From Eledone cirrhosa (taxonomy: Eukaryota): a stretch of DNA of 64,000 bases. A program made the translations under genes and the position numbers. Numbering within the stretch: the stretch's first letter is position 1; every line of letters starts with the position of its first letter. The stretch covers positions 87,358,001 to 87,422,000 of the forward strand of contig OZ024747.1 in NCBI GenBank assembly GCA_964016885.1. Reading direction: 5' to 3'. Shown in pieces: positions 45,037-59,550 of this stretch. Below the pieces are notes generated by a model. That model saw only the letters and a program-made list of their open reading frames with translations, had not been told where the DNA came from and searched no databases.

Positions 45037-45600
45037 GTATTAGGGTTTCTTAATTGTGTAAATATACAAGCAGGCGTCAAGATACTACAGATGTCAAGAT
45101 ACTACAGATGTCAACTACCAAGTCATAATTTAAAAAGGACGTTGTCCATAAAAACATTCAAGGGCTAGTCATAAATACCAAGGTTGCTATATAATATATA
45201 ATTGTTTCTACTTTTGGCACAAGGCCAGCAATTACCCAGTGTATTACTGGTACTTTATTTTATCGAGCCCGTAAGGATAAAAGGCAAAGTTAACCTCGGC
45301 GGGATTTGAACTCAGATATATTTCATTATTGTTATTATTATTATATCATGACTCATACACTGTTCATTTTCCTGACATTTGTACATTATTCTATGTACTA
45401 TACATGCACCTTTGATGAGTTGTAGTGCACCTGAGCACTGTACACAATAATTTCATTATTATTATTATTATACTACATAATGAAAATAAATACACACACA
45501 CACACAATACTAACACTTATTATATAGGTACGCACCCTTCCATATTCGTACACGCACATCATATAAAGTACACTAAGTGATCTGAATGTATGTACACGAA

Positions 45601-45634
<34 letters not shown>

Positions 45635-45986
45635 TTATTAAAATAACAGATTAAAGTTTAAGCAAAGAATCGCTGCTTTCACCCTTAACAGGGTCTTCTG
45701 AAACTAAGAAAGTCAATCTGTGAACGCAGAAGTAAATATTTCAAAAAACGTTGCAATCGGAGGAAGACAGGAAGACGATACTTTGGATATATATTTCTCC
45801 TTATCGAGCCCTCTTTGGATTTTAGTCTTCAAATTTATTATTATTACTATATATGTATATATATATATATATAATGTATATATATATAATGTATATATAT
45901 ATATATATAATGTATATATATATAATGTATATATATATATAATGTGTATATATATATAATGTGTATATATATATATATATATATAT

Positions 45987-46153
45987 ACGGCAGAGCTCAA
46001 GCCGTTTCGACGGCTATTTCCAGAAATAGCCGTCGAAACGGCTTGCGCTCTGCCGTCGGGGTCTAACATTTTCCTATTACCCACTTTACTACCCTAAGTA
46101 TTGAGTACTCTGGTGCGTTTTGGTCCATCTGGTTACTTACCACACCTCCTTCG

Positions 46154-46156
<3 letters not shown>
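45987..46156 (+). mobile_element. Family A fold-back element
   Basis: Short inverted repeat 45987-46055, stem-loop 46083-46106. Confidence 0.75.
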
Positions 46157-46205
<49 letters not shown>

Positions 46206-46286
46206 GTTATTCCGGGTTGAATCGGAGGTAACCACAGTAAGTAAGGTACTCAATACATAGCAGAGTATAACAGTTTTAATATAGAT

Positions 46287-46339
46287 GAGATTCTACAGGA
46301 CTAGAACTGTTTCATTCATTAGAAATCATCAGGAATCTC
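46287..46339 (-). ncRNA. Type I hammerhead ribozyme (family D)
   Basis: GAGAUUC-CUGAUGA-U-UUC(UAAU)GAA-U-GAA-ACAG(UUCUAGUC)CUGU-A/GAAUCUC. Helix I has 7 bp, stem III has 4 bp, and the triplet is GUA. Confidence 0.8.
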
Positions 46340-46358
46340 CTGAAATCTCCTGAAATCT

Positions 46359-46407
46359 GATTCCTGATGATTTCTAATGAATGAAACAGTTCTAGTCCTG
46401 TAGAATC
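46359..46407 (+). ncRNA. Type I hammerhead (family D), inverted copy
   Basis: Same core with a 5-bp helix I, GAUUC:GAAUC. Confidence 0.7.
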
Positions 46408-46420
46408 TCATCTATATTAA

Positions 46421-46568
<148 letters not shown>

Positions 46569-46732
46569 CATATGTAACTTCAATTAATTTCAGCAGTCAC
46601 CAAATCGAAATAGACCATAAAAAGTAAACAACTCGATGATTTCTTCAATGCACGCCTGACTGCACATAGATAACTCTAACTTAGAGCCAATAAATACATG
46701 CCTTCCTCTCGCCCTCACCATCTCTCTCTCAC

Positions 46733-46831
<99 letters not shown>

Positions 46832-47178
46832 CTCTATCTATTTATCTATCTCACACAAACACAATTATAACAATTAGATCATGTAAACAACTTTAGGAAA
46901 AATTCTAAACCACATAATTTAAAAATTACTAGCTCTCCTTCCGTAATAATATTCTTACAAATCCTAACTAACGCCTACTAATCAACTATACCACACTTTA
47001 TTGCCAAATGCACATATATAAAGATCCGAAACCAGGATAAACATTTTGCTGTTGTTTGGGGCTCTTACTCTACCTTTTCAATCACTTCCACCCTTTTCTT
47101 CAAACAATAAAATCAATATACTGCTCACATGTATTGAGTGCTGATTCATTTAGTGGGTGAGTGTTTCTATCATCAAAG

Positions 47179-47231
<53 letters not shown>

Positions 47232-47373
47232 TTATATATGTGTGTGTGTGTGTGTGCGCGCGCGCGTGTATGTGTACATATTTCTGATTTTTGCGTTTCG
47301 CTTCGCTTTTCCTGCCCGCCGAAAATGCGATTCTCGCTAAATCTTTATTTGTATATATATATATATATATATA

Positions 47374-47573
47374 TAACGAAGGAAATGTGGTAAGGAACCA
47401 GATGGACCATAACGCACCAAAGTACTCAATACTTAGGGTAGTAGAGTGGGTAATAGGAACGAGTAGGACCCCGACGGTTGAGCTCAAGCCGTTTCGACGG
47501 CTAATTCTGGATTTTAGTTCAGAATTAGCCGTCGAAACGGCTTGAGCTCAGCCGTCGGGGTCCTACTCGTTCC

Positions 47574-47576
<3 letters not shown>
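47374..47576 (-). mobile_element. Family A fold-back element
   Basis: Inverted repeat 47453-47576, stem-loop 47424-47447. Confidence 0.75.
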
Positions 47577-47605
<29 letters not shown>

Positions 47606-47912
47606 ATATATATATTAGAGTTAGAAATAGAAGATAAATATAAGGAAAAAAAAATGAAATCGAAAATGCAACTGGAGTCTTTTTAAGAATATTTATTTTG
47701 TTCCTTTACCGGTTTCGCAGTTCTTGTGCTTTTCAAAAGTAGAATTGAGATGGATGGTTTGTGGTTTTTCTCACATATATATATATTGCCACTCTCCAAG
47801 AAGGCCGACTGAATACACACATGCTTTTTCTCCCCATTTTCATATTCATTTTTTCCCCGTTCGTTCCTCTCATCACGCTTTACTTTCTATTTATCTTCTA
47901 TTTCTAACTCTA

Positions 47913-47948
47913 TCTTCTGATGAAGGACTACTGTCCGAAGCGTTAAGA
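47913..47948 (+). ncRNA. Family C hammerhead with GAAA mutated to GAAG
   Basis: UCUU-CUGAUGA-A-GGAC(UACU)GUCC-GAAG-CGUU-AAGA; probably inactive. Confidence 0.45.
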
Positions 47949-48324
47949 CTCTCTTCCTGCTATTTCAAGCGTTAAACTAATATGTATCTTCCATGCACTG
48001 TACCGTTTGGTTTGTTCATTTTGTTATTACACGCACACATACACACATACACACATATATATATATATATATAATTAAAGTAGAAATGTGGGAGTGACTT
48101 CGAAGTTTCAGCTTAGTCACTTTATCTTTCCTATGTAGAAAATATATTTCTACACTCTACCCACGAGTATTGAGTGCTCATTCAGTTAATGTTGGAATGT
48201 TTTAAAATCATAATCTGTATAAATATATATTCATTTAAATCATAATGTGTATAAATATATATTCACTCTTTCTCAAACGCCGCCGTAAGCGTCACATCAT
48301 CTGTATGATGTGGAGAATATTCCA

Positions 48325-48705
48325 TTAATATTGCCAAAATGATGTTGGCATCACCTTTAAACTACACCCAAGGCTTGGTCCCCATCCTATCCGCCCACAA
48401 CAAGGATCAAACTCGCATCTCATCGCAACAATGCTACTTAACGTCAACTGGCCCCGCTCTCGTAATATCAAGCCGAAAAACATCAACACAGAAACAGATC
48501 TCATAATATTCAAAGGTTTCCTTTACAAATTCCTCCAAGAAATCCTGGATAAATCCCCTACACACGGATATGTCCCCGAAAAAAAAAACTCTTTACTAGA
48601 GTGGACCACGATGTCCAAAACATGACTAGTTTGTGAACCCATAATCTGAAAAAATTCGCTAGGTGGTGGTATTAGGCCAAGACTAGCCGAAGCCAATCAA
48701 AGTTA
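48325..48705 (+). mobile_element. CR1-clade LINE 3' fragment
   Basis: GP...NI.PKNI...DLIIFKGFLYKFLQEILDKSPTHGY....NSLLEW resembles the invertebrate CR1 ORF2 end. Confidence 0.65.
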
Positions 48706-49391
48706 TCATATGTATATATTGATATATTTGGGGAGGGTCATGCTGTCCTAATATTGCCAAAAATAGTAAAACACACTGTTTGGTTTGGTTTTCGCTTCAG
48801 TATATCTTTATATTTTTAGAAATAATTTAGCTGGCAATTGATTGACCAACAGTTAAAAATAAAAATATAATTTAATTTCTCAAAATTCTTACGTCACATA
48901 TATCTGTGACACCTTCAGTGATTATCGCTGTGTTTCAATAACGTTCTTTTTTTTTTGTCTCTGTTTGCGCATGCGTTTGTGTATTCTGTTTGGCGTGTGC
49001 TCGTGTGTTTATGTCTGAGACTACGTCTGTTTATGTGTTTATATTTTACCTTTGGTCACTAGTGTGTGATTGTGTATGGTTAATGCTATTCCTCTCATGT
49101 TTTCTGTTGAGCTTAGGTCTTCTTAATTCTAATTCTGTAGCCTTTCTAATATGTCTAAGTTTCGAGTCATTCCTATGTTTAGATATTATTTTAACTTCTG
49201 TTGTCTATTTTACCATTATGTTTTATTATGGCGTATTCATATAGCACTGAATTGTCCTTTTAGTTCACTCCAGTCTCCATATATTCCCTCTCTTGTGCTA
49301 CGGGCTATCTCTCGTATGTACGTCTTTGTCATATTTCTGCAAGCATCCTCTGAACATCTTATGTTATAGACTATGTTTCTAGTTTTACAAT

Positions 49392-49435
49392 TTATATATA
49401 TATACAAAAAAAAAATATATATATATATATACAAA

Positions 49436-49466
<31 letters not shown>

Positions 49467-49479
49467 TACAAAAAAAAAA

Positions 49480-49557
<78 letters not shown>

Positions 49558-49635
49558 AAATATATATATATATATATATACAAAATATATATATATATAT
49601 ATATATATACAAAAATATATATATATATATATATA

Positions 49636-49674
<39 letters not shown>

Positions 49675-49704
49675 AAAAAAAAATATATATATATATACAA
49701 AAAA

Positions 49705-49735
<31 letters not shown>

Positions 49736-49965
49736 CAAAAAAATATATTTATATATATATATATACAAAAATATGTATATATATATATATATATATATAC
49801 AAAAAAATATATATATATACAAATATATATATATATATATATATATGAATATATATATACAAAAAAAAAATATATATATATATATACAAAAAGTATATAT
49901 ACAAAATATATATATATATATATACAATATATATATATATATACAAAATATATATATATATATAT

Positions 49966-50006
<41 letters not shown>

Positions 50007-50011
50007 AAAAA

Positions 50012-50042
<31 letters not shown>

Positions 50043-50073
50043 CAAAAAAATATATTTATATATATATACAAAA

Positions 50074-50112
<39 letters not shown>

Positions 50113-50255
50113 AAAAAAAATATATATATACAAATATATATATATATATATATATGAATATATATATACAAAAAAAAAATATATATATATATACAAAATA
50201 TATATATACAAAATATATATATATATATATATATACAATATATATATATATATAT

Positions 50256-50299
<44 letters not shown>

Positions 50300-50445
50300 A
50301 AAATATATATATATATATATACAAAAAAAAATATATATATATATACAAAAATATATATATATGAATATATATATACGTATTTATATATCTATACATGCAT
50401 TTAAAAATATGTCTATATATTTGTATATATATACATATATATATT

Positions 50446-50500
<55 letters not shown>
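49392..50500. repeat. (TA)n/CAAAA compound array
   Basis: Seen directly. Confidence 0.95.
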
Positions 50501-50508
<8 letters not shown>

Positions 50509-50891
50509 TACTCGTTGTAACCCAACAATTTAAATTAAACTTTGCATATATATATATATATATTCATCATCATCATCATCGTTTAACGTCCATCTTCCAC
50601 GCTAGCATATGTTAGACGGGAGTTATCCCAATTTCGCAAGGTTGGTCGCGTGACCGTGTCTCGCTCATATATGACTATCTGGCAGGTTTTGTATGGCTGG
50701 ATGCCCTTCCTAACACCAACCACACCTACAGTGTGGACTGGGAATTTTTTACCGTATTACCTACACGACCACATTACAACGTGGACCGTATGTTTGTTTG
50801 TCGTGACACCTACACGATCTCGATTTCATTTTCTTATTTATTTGGACTGATTTATTTGGACTGTGTGTATATTTGTATATATATACATGTA

Positions 50892-51013
50892 TAACAAAGA
50901 AAGTTTGGTAAGAAACCAGGTGGACCATAACGCACCAGAGTACTCGATACTTAGGGTAGTAGAGTGGGTAATAGGAAAAGAGTGAGCCGTCGGAGTCCTG
51001 ACTCTTTTCCTAT
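50892..51013 (-). mobile_element. Family A element, shorter fold-back
   Basis: Shared tail; inverted ataggaaaagagt...actcttttcctat at 50971-51013. Confidence 0.7.
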
Positions 51014-51052
51014 ATGCATATATATATATATATGTGTATATATATATATAGT

Positions 51053-51104
<52 letters not shown>

Positions 51105-51269
51105 TGTATATATATATGTGTGTGTGTGTGTATATTTGTATATATATTGCATGTATATATATATATATGCATGTATATATATATATATGTGTGTGTATAT
51201 TTGTATATATATTGCATGTATATATATATATATATTGCATGTATATATATATATATATATATATATGCA

Positions 51270-51300
<31 letters not shown>

Positions 51301-51519
51301 TTGTATATATATTGCATGTATATATATATATATATATGTGTGTGTTTATATTTGTATATATTGCATGTATAACAATATATATATATATATATAGTAATAA
51401 TAATATATTTGAAGACTAAAATCCAAAGAGGTCTCGATAAGGATAAATATATATCAAATATATAAGAACCTCGTTTCATGGTTCATAGATGTCGGGGGGG
51501 TGGGGGGATATGATGCGAC

Positions 51520-51730
51520 ACTCAATATGCCGTCTGGTCTAATGCCAGGCCGCTGTCTCCCCGCTTACATTTCAAGTAGAGACGGTCTATGCCACTGTTG
51601 ATGTGGAAGTTTTCATCGGTGTTTAGGATTTTTCGGGTTTTAACATCGATAGCTCGGATTTCATCTATCGTCCAATCGAGTATTACACATGTTGGTGTTA
51701 GGACAAGCACAGCAAACATATTGTGAGCCT
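51520..51730 (-). mobile_element. R4/Dong-like RT thumb fragment
   Basis: HNMFAV.VLT....LDWTIDEIRAIDVKTRKIL....NFHINS.IDRLYL....G..GL. Confidence 0.8.
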
Positions 51731-52184
51731 CTGTTTTATTGTATGTATGCATGTATGTATGTGTGTGTGTTTGTATATGTATGTGTGTATATATGTATGT
51801 ATGTCTGGATGGATGGATGGATGTATGTTTGTATGTATGGCGATCTTTAGTGTTACTGGTAACATGTATCCAAGTACAACCTGGACTAAACTGTACAAGT
51901 ACAACCGGCGACTAAACTGGCAACCCATCCAATGATGTAGACTAGTTGTTTTGGGGTAAATGCATTCGATGTTTAGAGAGTGAGATGGGTCCTGTGCAAA
52001 GCCTTTCCTCACTTAAAAAAGCTTGAGGCACAGGCATCGCTTGAGATGTGACATTTGTTTGCGATGCATAGCATTGATGGCCTTTGGCAAGTCCCTAGCA
52101 GGACTAAAAAGCCACGACTGTGATGCTCATATTTAAGTGTCAAGCGATGGCATTACTCGAAATCGAGATGCAGCCATCATGTAT

Positions 52185-52400
52185 GTATGTTCTTCTGGTT
52201 TCATAATTTTATAAATTTTTACCAATATAGAAGGCTAACATAGACACAAGACTCTTTCATTAGAATTTAGACAACATCAACGTGGTAGATATGTATGCAT
52301 GTCTACATGCGTGCAGGTACGGATATTATTGAATGTGTGGAGGTGTATGTTTTGACTTATATGTGTGTATGTGCATGTTTTGTATTTGTACATGTAAACA
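52185..52400 (-). mobile_element. R4/Dong-like 3' UTR
   Basis: Homologous to 3430-3665 and 59165-59400; ends ccagaagaa-CATACATAC. Confidence 0.6.
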
Positions 52401-52488
52401 TGTATTTATCGATGTATATATGTATCGATGTATATATGTATGTATGCATATGTATGTATTTATGTATGCATATATATATATATATGTA

Positions 52489-52527
<39 letters not shown>

Positions 52528-52706
52528 TAATAAAATAATGAATAAACAAAGAAACAGTTCCTTATATTAAAAAATTCATCATTTTACGATCGTTTCTAGG
52601 ATATATATGTTAGTGTTGGTATGCATATCCTATAGATCTATGTAAAATTTTTACAAACTATCAGAGGGAGTATACATACCTACACATATATATGCTGTCT
52701 TCAGAA

Positions 52707-52765
<59 letters not shown>

Positions 52766-52819
52766 ACTGATAATTTTCGGCCAGTATTGGTCCAGGCAAT
52801 GTCTAACTTAATAGCACCA

Positions 52820-52960
52820 CCTGAGCTACACATTTTATCGGGTAACATTTCTTCAAAGACCCTTCGGCGGAATCCCATATCGGTCGCTTGTTTTCGTGAT
52901 TGTATTCTGTCGGTCATTATCCAAGATTCATGACCATACCATAAGTAAGGGTTGGCACGA
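52820..52960 (-). mobile_element. RTE (Rex3-like) fragment
   Basis: YGHESWIMTDRIQSR.QATDMGF.RRV. Confidence 0.8.
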
Positions 52961-53401
52961 AAATCGAATTGAAGACAGTAATGCGCCAGCTTCAGCATTC
53001 AACTAAAATAATTTTACCATTTGTTTTATACATATTCTCTTTTAAATTCAATTCTGTCTCGTGTTTCCATACTCTTTAGATATATTTACATAATTATTAA
53101 ATTTCACACAAACACACTCAGGTAGTTTATTTTGTTGGTTTAATCGTCACATATTGTATTTATTTAGTGTTTTTACTTTTGCTGTCTTAGTCTTATAGGT
53201 TAATGATATCCGCTCGTATATCAAAGACCTCTGATCACAAATATTCCAAATCTGATGTTTTTGCACTTGATCATTGCCATAGTTTATATGTAATCAAGTG
53301 TCACTGGCAAATATGGTCCTATACACGTTTGTAAGTGTATACATCAACGATGATTACCACAAATAGCTTGACAGCTTATTGTGTCAATACATATGAATGT
53401 T

Positions 53402-53482
<81 letters not shown>

Positions 53483-53815
53483 AATATATATGTATCTCCG
53501 TTATTGTTATCTTCATTCATTCTTCACTCCGCCCCCTACTCTAAACCCCACTTCATACACTCCACCCCTCTCCAAAACAATTGCCGGCGTTATCTCCTCC
53601 CCCTTTCAATCTCCTCCCACCATCTCTTTACCTCCTATTCCTTTCTCCCCCTCTTTCCCTCTTAGACAAAATATCACCAACTTATTTATTCTGGTCTTAG
53701 ACACGTTAACTGAATTCAAATTAAATAGAATTATTTAAAAAATCAAATGAGACAGAGTTATACACACACATTGAATTTATCTTAGGTCTTCATAACTACA
53801 AAGATAACAGTAGCA

Positions 53816-53850
<35 letters not shown>

Positions 53851-53995
53851 GGGAGTTGACAGACCCAGCATATTTATCAATGCCAGGACCGGTTGTATCT
53901 CAGCGTACTCAATAGGTAATGTAGGATACATTCCCAGAGTATACACATAGTTATTCGCTTCAATACAACACGTGAAACGGGTGCCTATAATAGTT

Positions 53996-54106
53996 CCCGG
54001 ACTTGAGTTTCGGCCACACTTAATGCAACAGTAGGGTGCAGTGCACCTTCTGCCTGCATATATTATGCGACAAAGCATAATCGGCTTATGTGGCTTCATC
54101 AGCGGG
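53996..54106 (-). ncRNA. Type I hammerhead with ~85-nt extended stem II domain
   Basis: CCCG-CUGAUGA-A-GCCACA...UGUGGC-C-GAA-AC(UCAA)GU-C/CGGG, GUC triplet. Followed by the bulged stem-loop at 53906-53941 and (TA)n. Confidence 0.7.
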
Positions 54107-54593
54107 TATCGCCTAATCAATAATCAATCGATCGACAGAATCCGAACCCCAAACCATGCCCGCTATGACTGTTTGTGACAACCGACACAGTAAAGTGATT
54201 AGCAACTGGAATCCGATACAACTCTGTCCCTCGAGTAGCCACCGATTTACACACTTTACGTGGTGGCGGGAGAATAGAAAACATCTTTTCGTTCCCTTCA
54301 AAAGCCCTCAGCCAACGTGTGTCTCAGACACAAATTAATAAGAAGTGAAAAGATGGTTACTAGAAAGAGCAGTCCCACATCGATGTATAATAGAATGGTA
54401 GCATTCGGCTCATGTCTCCAAGTACCATGGCTAGAGGAAAGCGATAGTAACAATGGTAGTGCTAAGGACCTGTAATATGCAATAAATGTTTTATCTTTAC
54501 CTCGGCACTCTGGTAGTGCAGAAAAATTAAGTAGAGTTCAAGGAAAGCAGTAATCGTTTTACATTTTTCCTTCTTCGATGGTGTCTTACTAAA

Positions 54594-54770
54594 CTAGCAG
54601 TGGAGACTTCTGGTGTCCTTGGCCCTAGGGCCACCTCCCTACTCACCACCATAGGCGCTGAGCTGGTTAGCCGCAGGTGTCAGCTTCACGAGATGGAATG
54701 GCTTTTCCAGCGCATCTCCCTCACCATCCTCCGGGGAAATTCCTTCTGTATTTTGTCCGCCGGGGCCGTG
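54594..54770 (+). mobile_element. CRE-like (RLE) non-LTR retrotransposon C-terminal fragment
   Basis: AVETSGVLGP.A..LL..IG..L......WLFQRISLTILRGNSFCI matches ET.G..G.....QR.S....RGNA. Confidence 0.7.
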
Positions 54771-54984
54771 GGATGGCCAGCAGATGGGACCCCATTTGCT
54801 CATAATAGTGAGAGATGGGGAGGGCGAGAGAGACGGAGGCGATGACGGTGGGAATTCGGCTCCTCTGTGTCAGGACTTGGTGTGCATGTGTGTGTATATT
54901 TACTTCCATTTATCCCTCCCTCAAATATTGTCATGATGTCCATTCCATTATAGTTTCCTGGTACAGTTTGTGGTAGTGGAGGTA

Positions 54985-55068
<84 letters not shown>

Positions 55069-56373
55069 ACTGGTCTGGTAGTTCTTATTTATTTACCCAC
55101 CCCGCCACACCCAACCACGCCATGGTTTACATGTTACTCCAATTTTGAAATTAGCTTTTGAAATATCTTCAAATTTAATTTTTTTTTAATGTTTTCTAAA
55201 TGAAAAAAATTCTCTCTAAATCAAATTTTGTTTCGTTTGGAAACTCAGACGAATGTCTAAGTTCGTGAGAAATTAACTTCTCCTACATTTAAGGCTTTGG
55301 ACACATTGACCTTATCGATCAGCGATCATTCACGAAGTTGTTTCTTTTACATGAGTAAATTACATATTACACGCCTGAATCACTCACCACCGTTCCTGCG
55401 TCCCTTATTCCTGTCATTCCTTCATATTTTTCTTTAAACTGTCGAAAGACAACAATTTCCAGTGTCCTGACTTGCAGGTGTGCCTTTGTCTCATTATAGT
55501 GGTGGTGGTAGTGGCAGTGGCGTTGGTAGTGGTGGCGATGGTGGTGGTGGCGGCAGTTGTGGTGTTGGTAGCGGTAGTAGGAGAAGTAGTGGTGGTGGCG
55601 GTGGTGACAGTAGTGGCGGCGGCAGTGGCGGTGGCAGTGGTAGCGACGGCGACGGTAAATTACAGCAATGGTTGAAGTAATACTGGTTATGGCCTCGTTG
55701 TTTTTTAACGCCAGGTCAACCCTTATCGGGCAGACATATTAATCAAAGGTATTCAAGCATTTTCTGTCTTCTGATGTGATCTTTTCATCGATTTGAGGGT
55801 GGTTTTGCTGCTATTTCTAGCAAGTGAATAGACCACATATAGACTCCTTCATTGACTCGTGGTGGTGATGTTATAAGCCGTGATGATGTTGGTGATAGGG
55901 ATGGTGATGGTGATGGTTGTTGGCAATGATGAAGGTGGTGGAAGTCGTAAGAACGAAGGCAGTGTGTTATCGTGATGCGATGTTTGGGGTTGTGATGTGA
56001 TGGAGGTGCCGGGAGGTGCCGGGAAGTGCGGGGGGGGGGGGGGCTGATGATGATGTTCATGTTGACAGAAGTGTTCTAGTATTAGCACTGTTGATGTTGA
56101 TGTGTTGATGTGATGTTGGTGTTGCTAATGATGATGATTTATTACGGTGGATGTTGTGATAGATATTGTTGTTGTTGGTGTTGTGGTAGTGGTATTGGTG
56201 ATGGTAGTTGTGGTAGTAGTAGTAGTGACTTGGCAAAGAAATCCCATGGTCTTTCTCTCTGTTACTTTCTCACTTCATCAGTGAACCGAAACCTCGGGAT
56301 TTCTCTTTTCTTCTACATATGATCACTGGTGGTCCTGTCATTCCAAATGATAAAGGTCCTGCTGCTGCTGCTG

Positions 56374-56423
<50 letters not shown>

Positions 56424-56446
56424 GCTGCTGCTGATGCTAATTATAA

Positions 56447-57500
56447 TTCTTTCTTTGTCGGCCACAAGGGCCGGAACATGTAATACAATACAAAAGACAG
56501 AGACAATGAGGATTTACAAAAAATTTGAAAGCGTGTAAACAAATAGAATATATAAAAATAAGTTAATAAAAAAAGAATCCCCAATAGAGGGGAGCATCAT
56601 GCAGGGGTAACTTAGGAACCCCACAGATCCTAAACCATTCTAATCTCCAAGAGTACCATAGGAAGGCACCCCTTTCCTCTCAAAACTCTACGTCTTAAGG
56701 TTCAAAGTAACTCGGCCATACTTGCTACATTCACCCACCTTTTAACAAATGTACAGGGACGGCAGTTCCCTTCTTCACCCTCATTTTCCATTTCAAATGG
56801 AACTTGAAAAAGTTGACGAGTGCTTGGTCGAAGAGGAAAATGTCTATATTCGGTCTTTTTAGCTGCATCCAAAACACAATCTCTTTCACCACAGCCACCT
56901 GACAGAGGAATGTTGTCTGAACAGTGTTGGCAGCAGATGGACCACCTCAGCCAGTGCAACCTGTCTCTTCCACGAAACATTGAAGAGCAGGCGTTCCAAT
57001 TTGGTGAGGTGCAGCCCGGAGTAGGACACGATGGTCAGGCGGTAATAGATAGCAGATGCGATGTACGCATTCGCCACCTCCGATCGACCTTTCAGGGAGA
57101 ATTATTTCTCAGCCCATTTCTGGGTGTGAGTGGCCACTCTGTTCATTATCTCGTCCCAATTCTTATCCACGTAGAGGTCTAGACCAAACCAGACCCCCAG
57201 GCAATTTCACTGGTCCGTCCGTCCAGTGTCCGGCAACGCTGTTGAATGACATGGATTTGCCCACCGACTTTCCCCCGTTGATTTTTGCTCCCGTTAGCCT
57301 TTTATATTCCTCTAAGAAGTTGCTGACCACCTCGATTTCCGAGGTGTTCGGCACCATCACGGTGACGTCGTCTGTGTATCCCGATGCTGACTTTACATGC
57401 CTTGCAACATCTCCAGCTTCTGCACTAGTGACTAGAGAGTCAGTACGTACAAACGTGAAGAGAGCGGTCATCCATGATAGACTGAGTGCGTGATCTAGAA
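56447..57500 (-). mobile_element. L1/Tx1-like LINE, decayed 3' portion
   Basis: SGYTDDVT...LEEYKRLTGAKINGGKS (YADD region) and LERLLFNVSW. The 3' end cccttgtggcc...aaagaaa recurs at ~8955, 30750, 30830 and 42265. Confidence 0.8.
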
Positions 57501-59164
57501 TGGTTCCGATATGTGGTGTTTTGTATGCGTGTGTGTATTTACTGTTTAGTCAGGGGATGTAAGTTAGTATCCTTGATCCTTTTCAAGGCTTTCAAGAGTA
57601 GTGAGAATGTAGAAAGTATCCTGAAACCGCTAAAGTTACCCAATTATTTTTAATGTTTTCTAAATGAAAAACATTCTCTCTAAATCAAATTTTGTTTCGT
57701 TTGGAAACTCAGACTAATGTCTAAGTTCGTGGGAAATTAACTTCTCCTACATTTAAGGCTTTGGAAATATTGACCTTATCGATCAGCGATCATTCACGAA
57801 ATTATTTAATGTCTCTTAAAAAGAAAAGCAGGGATGATACGAGTGTGATTTGGTGAAAATTTGGCTGCTATTTCTAACAAATCAAACTGGTGCGTAGAGG
57901 ATCCCTCATTGACTTACCGTTGTTGTTTAGCTGCAACCCGTCCTTGTTCGATCAAAAATTAATCAACGGTTTTGTAGCCTTGGCCAACAACCTATCTTTT
58001 TATAAATGTTCTCCCCATGTCACGTGGAACAACTATGCATATTAATTTGTTTGGGGTTAAGTATTCAATTTGTCAACGCCCGAACAAACAAAAAAATGCC
58101 GTGTCCTTTTTTTATATGGCAAACAACCATCGATAAAGCTACTATTTATAGGTTCGTGAGAATTGCACACAAACTCGCGTTGATTTCTAATTTAGTTACA
58201 TGGCCAGCAGATTTGAGGGAAAGCAAAGTTGATCAAATCAACCGCAGTACCTGGTAGCTATCCCGGTAGGATGAAAGGCAAAGTTGACCTCGGCAGGATT
58301 TAAACACAGAATGTAAACAGCCAGAACAAACAGTGCAGTAGCAATTTATCAGATGTTCTACCAATTCTGCCAACCCACCACCTTTTGTATACATACACAT
58401 AACTGGATTATTTGCCTTTCATCCTTACGGGGTCGATACAATAAAGTACCAGTAATGCATTGAAGTCGATTTAATCGACTTTCCCCTTTCCCCCCAAATT
58501 GCTCACCTTGTGCTTAAAGTAGAAATAATTATTATTATGGATGCCAATAAGTACTGTGGGCTGCAGAATCGGAAAAATTTATCTTGCGGTATTTAATTAT
58601 TGAGATCAATTTTCACCGATGTCAACTTTATATTTCATTTTTTGCAAAATGATAATTTTTTGCATATGATAATAGGTACACGTACCGGCGTTAAATCGAC
58701 TATGCCTCTTCTCCCCATTTCCAGTGTTTGGTCCTCTGCCTTTGCTAGAAATTGTGTATTAGCGCAGAATGTGACAGCAACATCATCATTGCAAACACCT
58801 AAGCTATAACACTAACTTTACCACTATTCCTTCACTTAAAACAGGCGCACAGTAGATTTTTTTTTTTAAAGGTTGAGAATTAGAGTCTTTTGAAAATTCA
58901 TACTAATGCTTAAGCATCCTGAAAAACTTATAATAAATACAAAACGATGAGATTGTAATGTCTGGAATGCCTTTAATCGTAGCTCTCTTCCAGTAGTGTC
59001 CAATCACGGTTTATACGAACCCAAAGAGATTAGAATATTTTTGAGGTTCGTGAAAAAATGTTGGGGATCTTACAGGGTTTGCCAGTGAAATTTGACAGCT
59101 CTTCATATTTTAAAGCTTCGACTTTAATATGTCATTCTTTTATGAAATGTTATGTGTGTATGTA

Positions 59165-59550
59165 TGTTCTTCTGGTTTTATAATTTTATAAATGTTTACC
59201 AATAGAGAGAGAGAGTCGGTTTCTAACATAGTTACAAGACTCTTTCATTGAAATTTAGACATCAACTAGGCAGATATGTATGCATGTCTGTATGTGTGTG
59301 TGTATTTGCAGGTATAGATGTTATTGAATGTGTGGATGTGTATGTTTTGAGTTATATGTGTGCATGTTCATATGTTTTACATGCAGTTATATATGCAGAG
59401 TTTTTGGAATGTTTTACATATTTTTACTGTTCCATTAATGGATTGTATTTGTAATTTCCTAACTAGTCGTATTCTTTCTGGTTCTGTGAAGCCCAGCTTC
59501 TCAAGATTTGTACTGAGGCAGTAACTAACATATCCCAGTACCCCAATAAT
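59165..59550 (-). mobile_element. R4/Dong-like 3' end
   Basis: IIGVLGYVSYCLSTNLEKLGFTEPERIRLVRKLQIQSINGTVKICKTFQK plus the shared 3' UTR. Confidence 0.7.

Noticed and set aside
55480-55680. Gly/Ser-rich ORF
   Set aside because: Degenerate (GGT/AGT)n repeat with no gene context.
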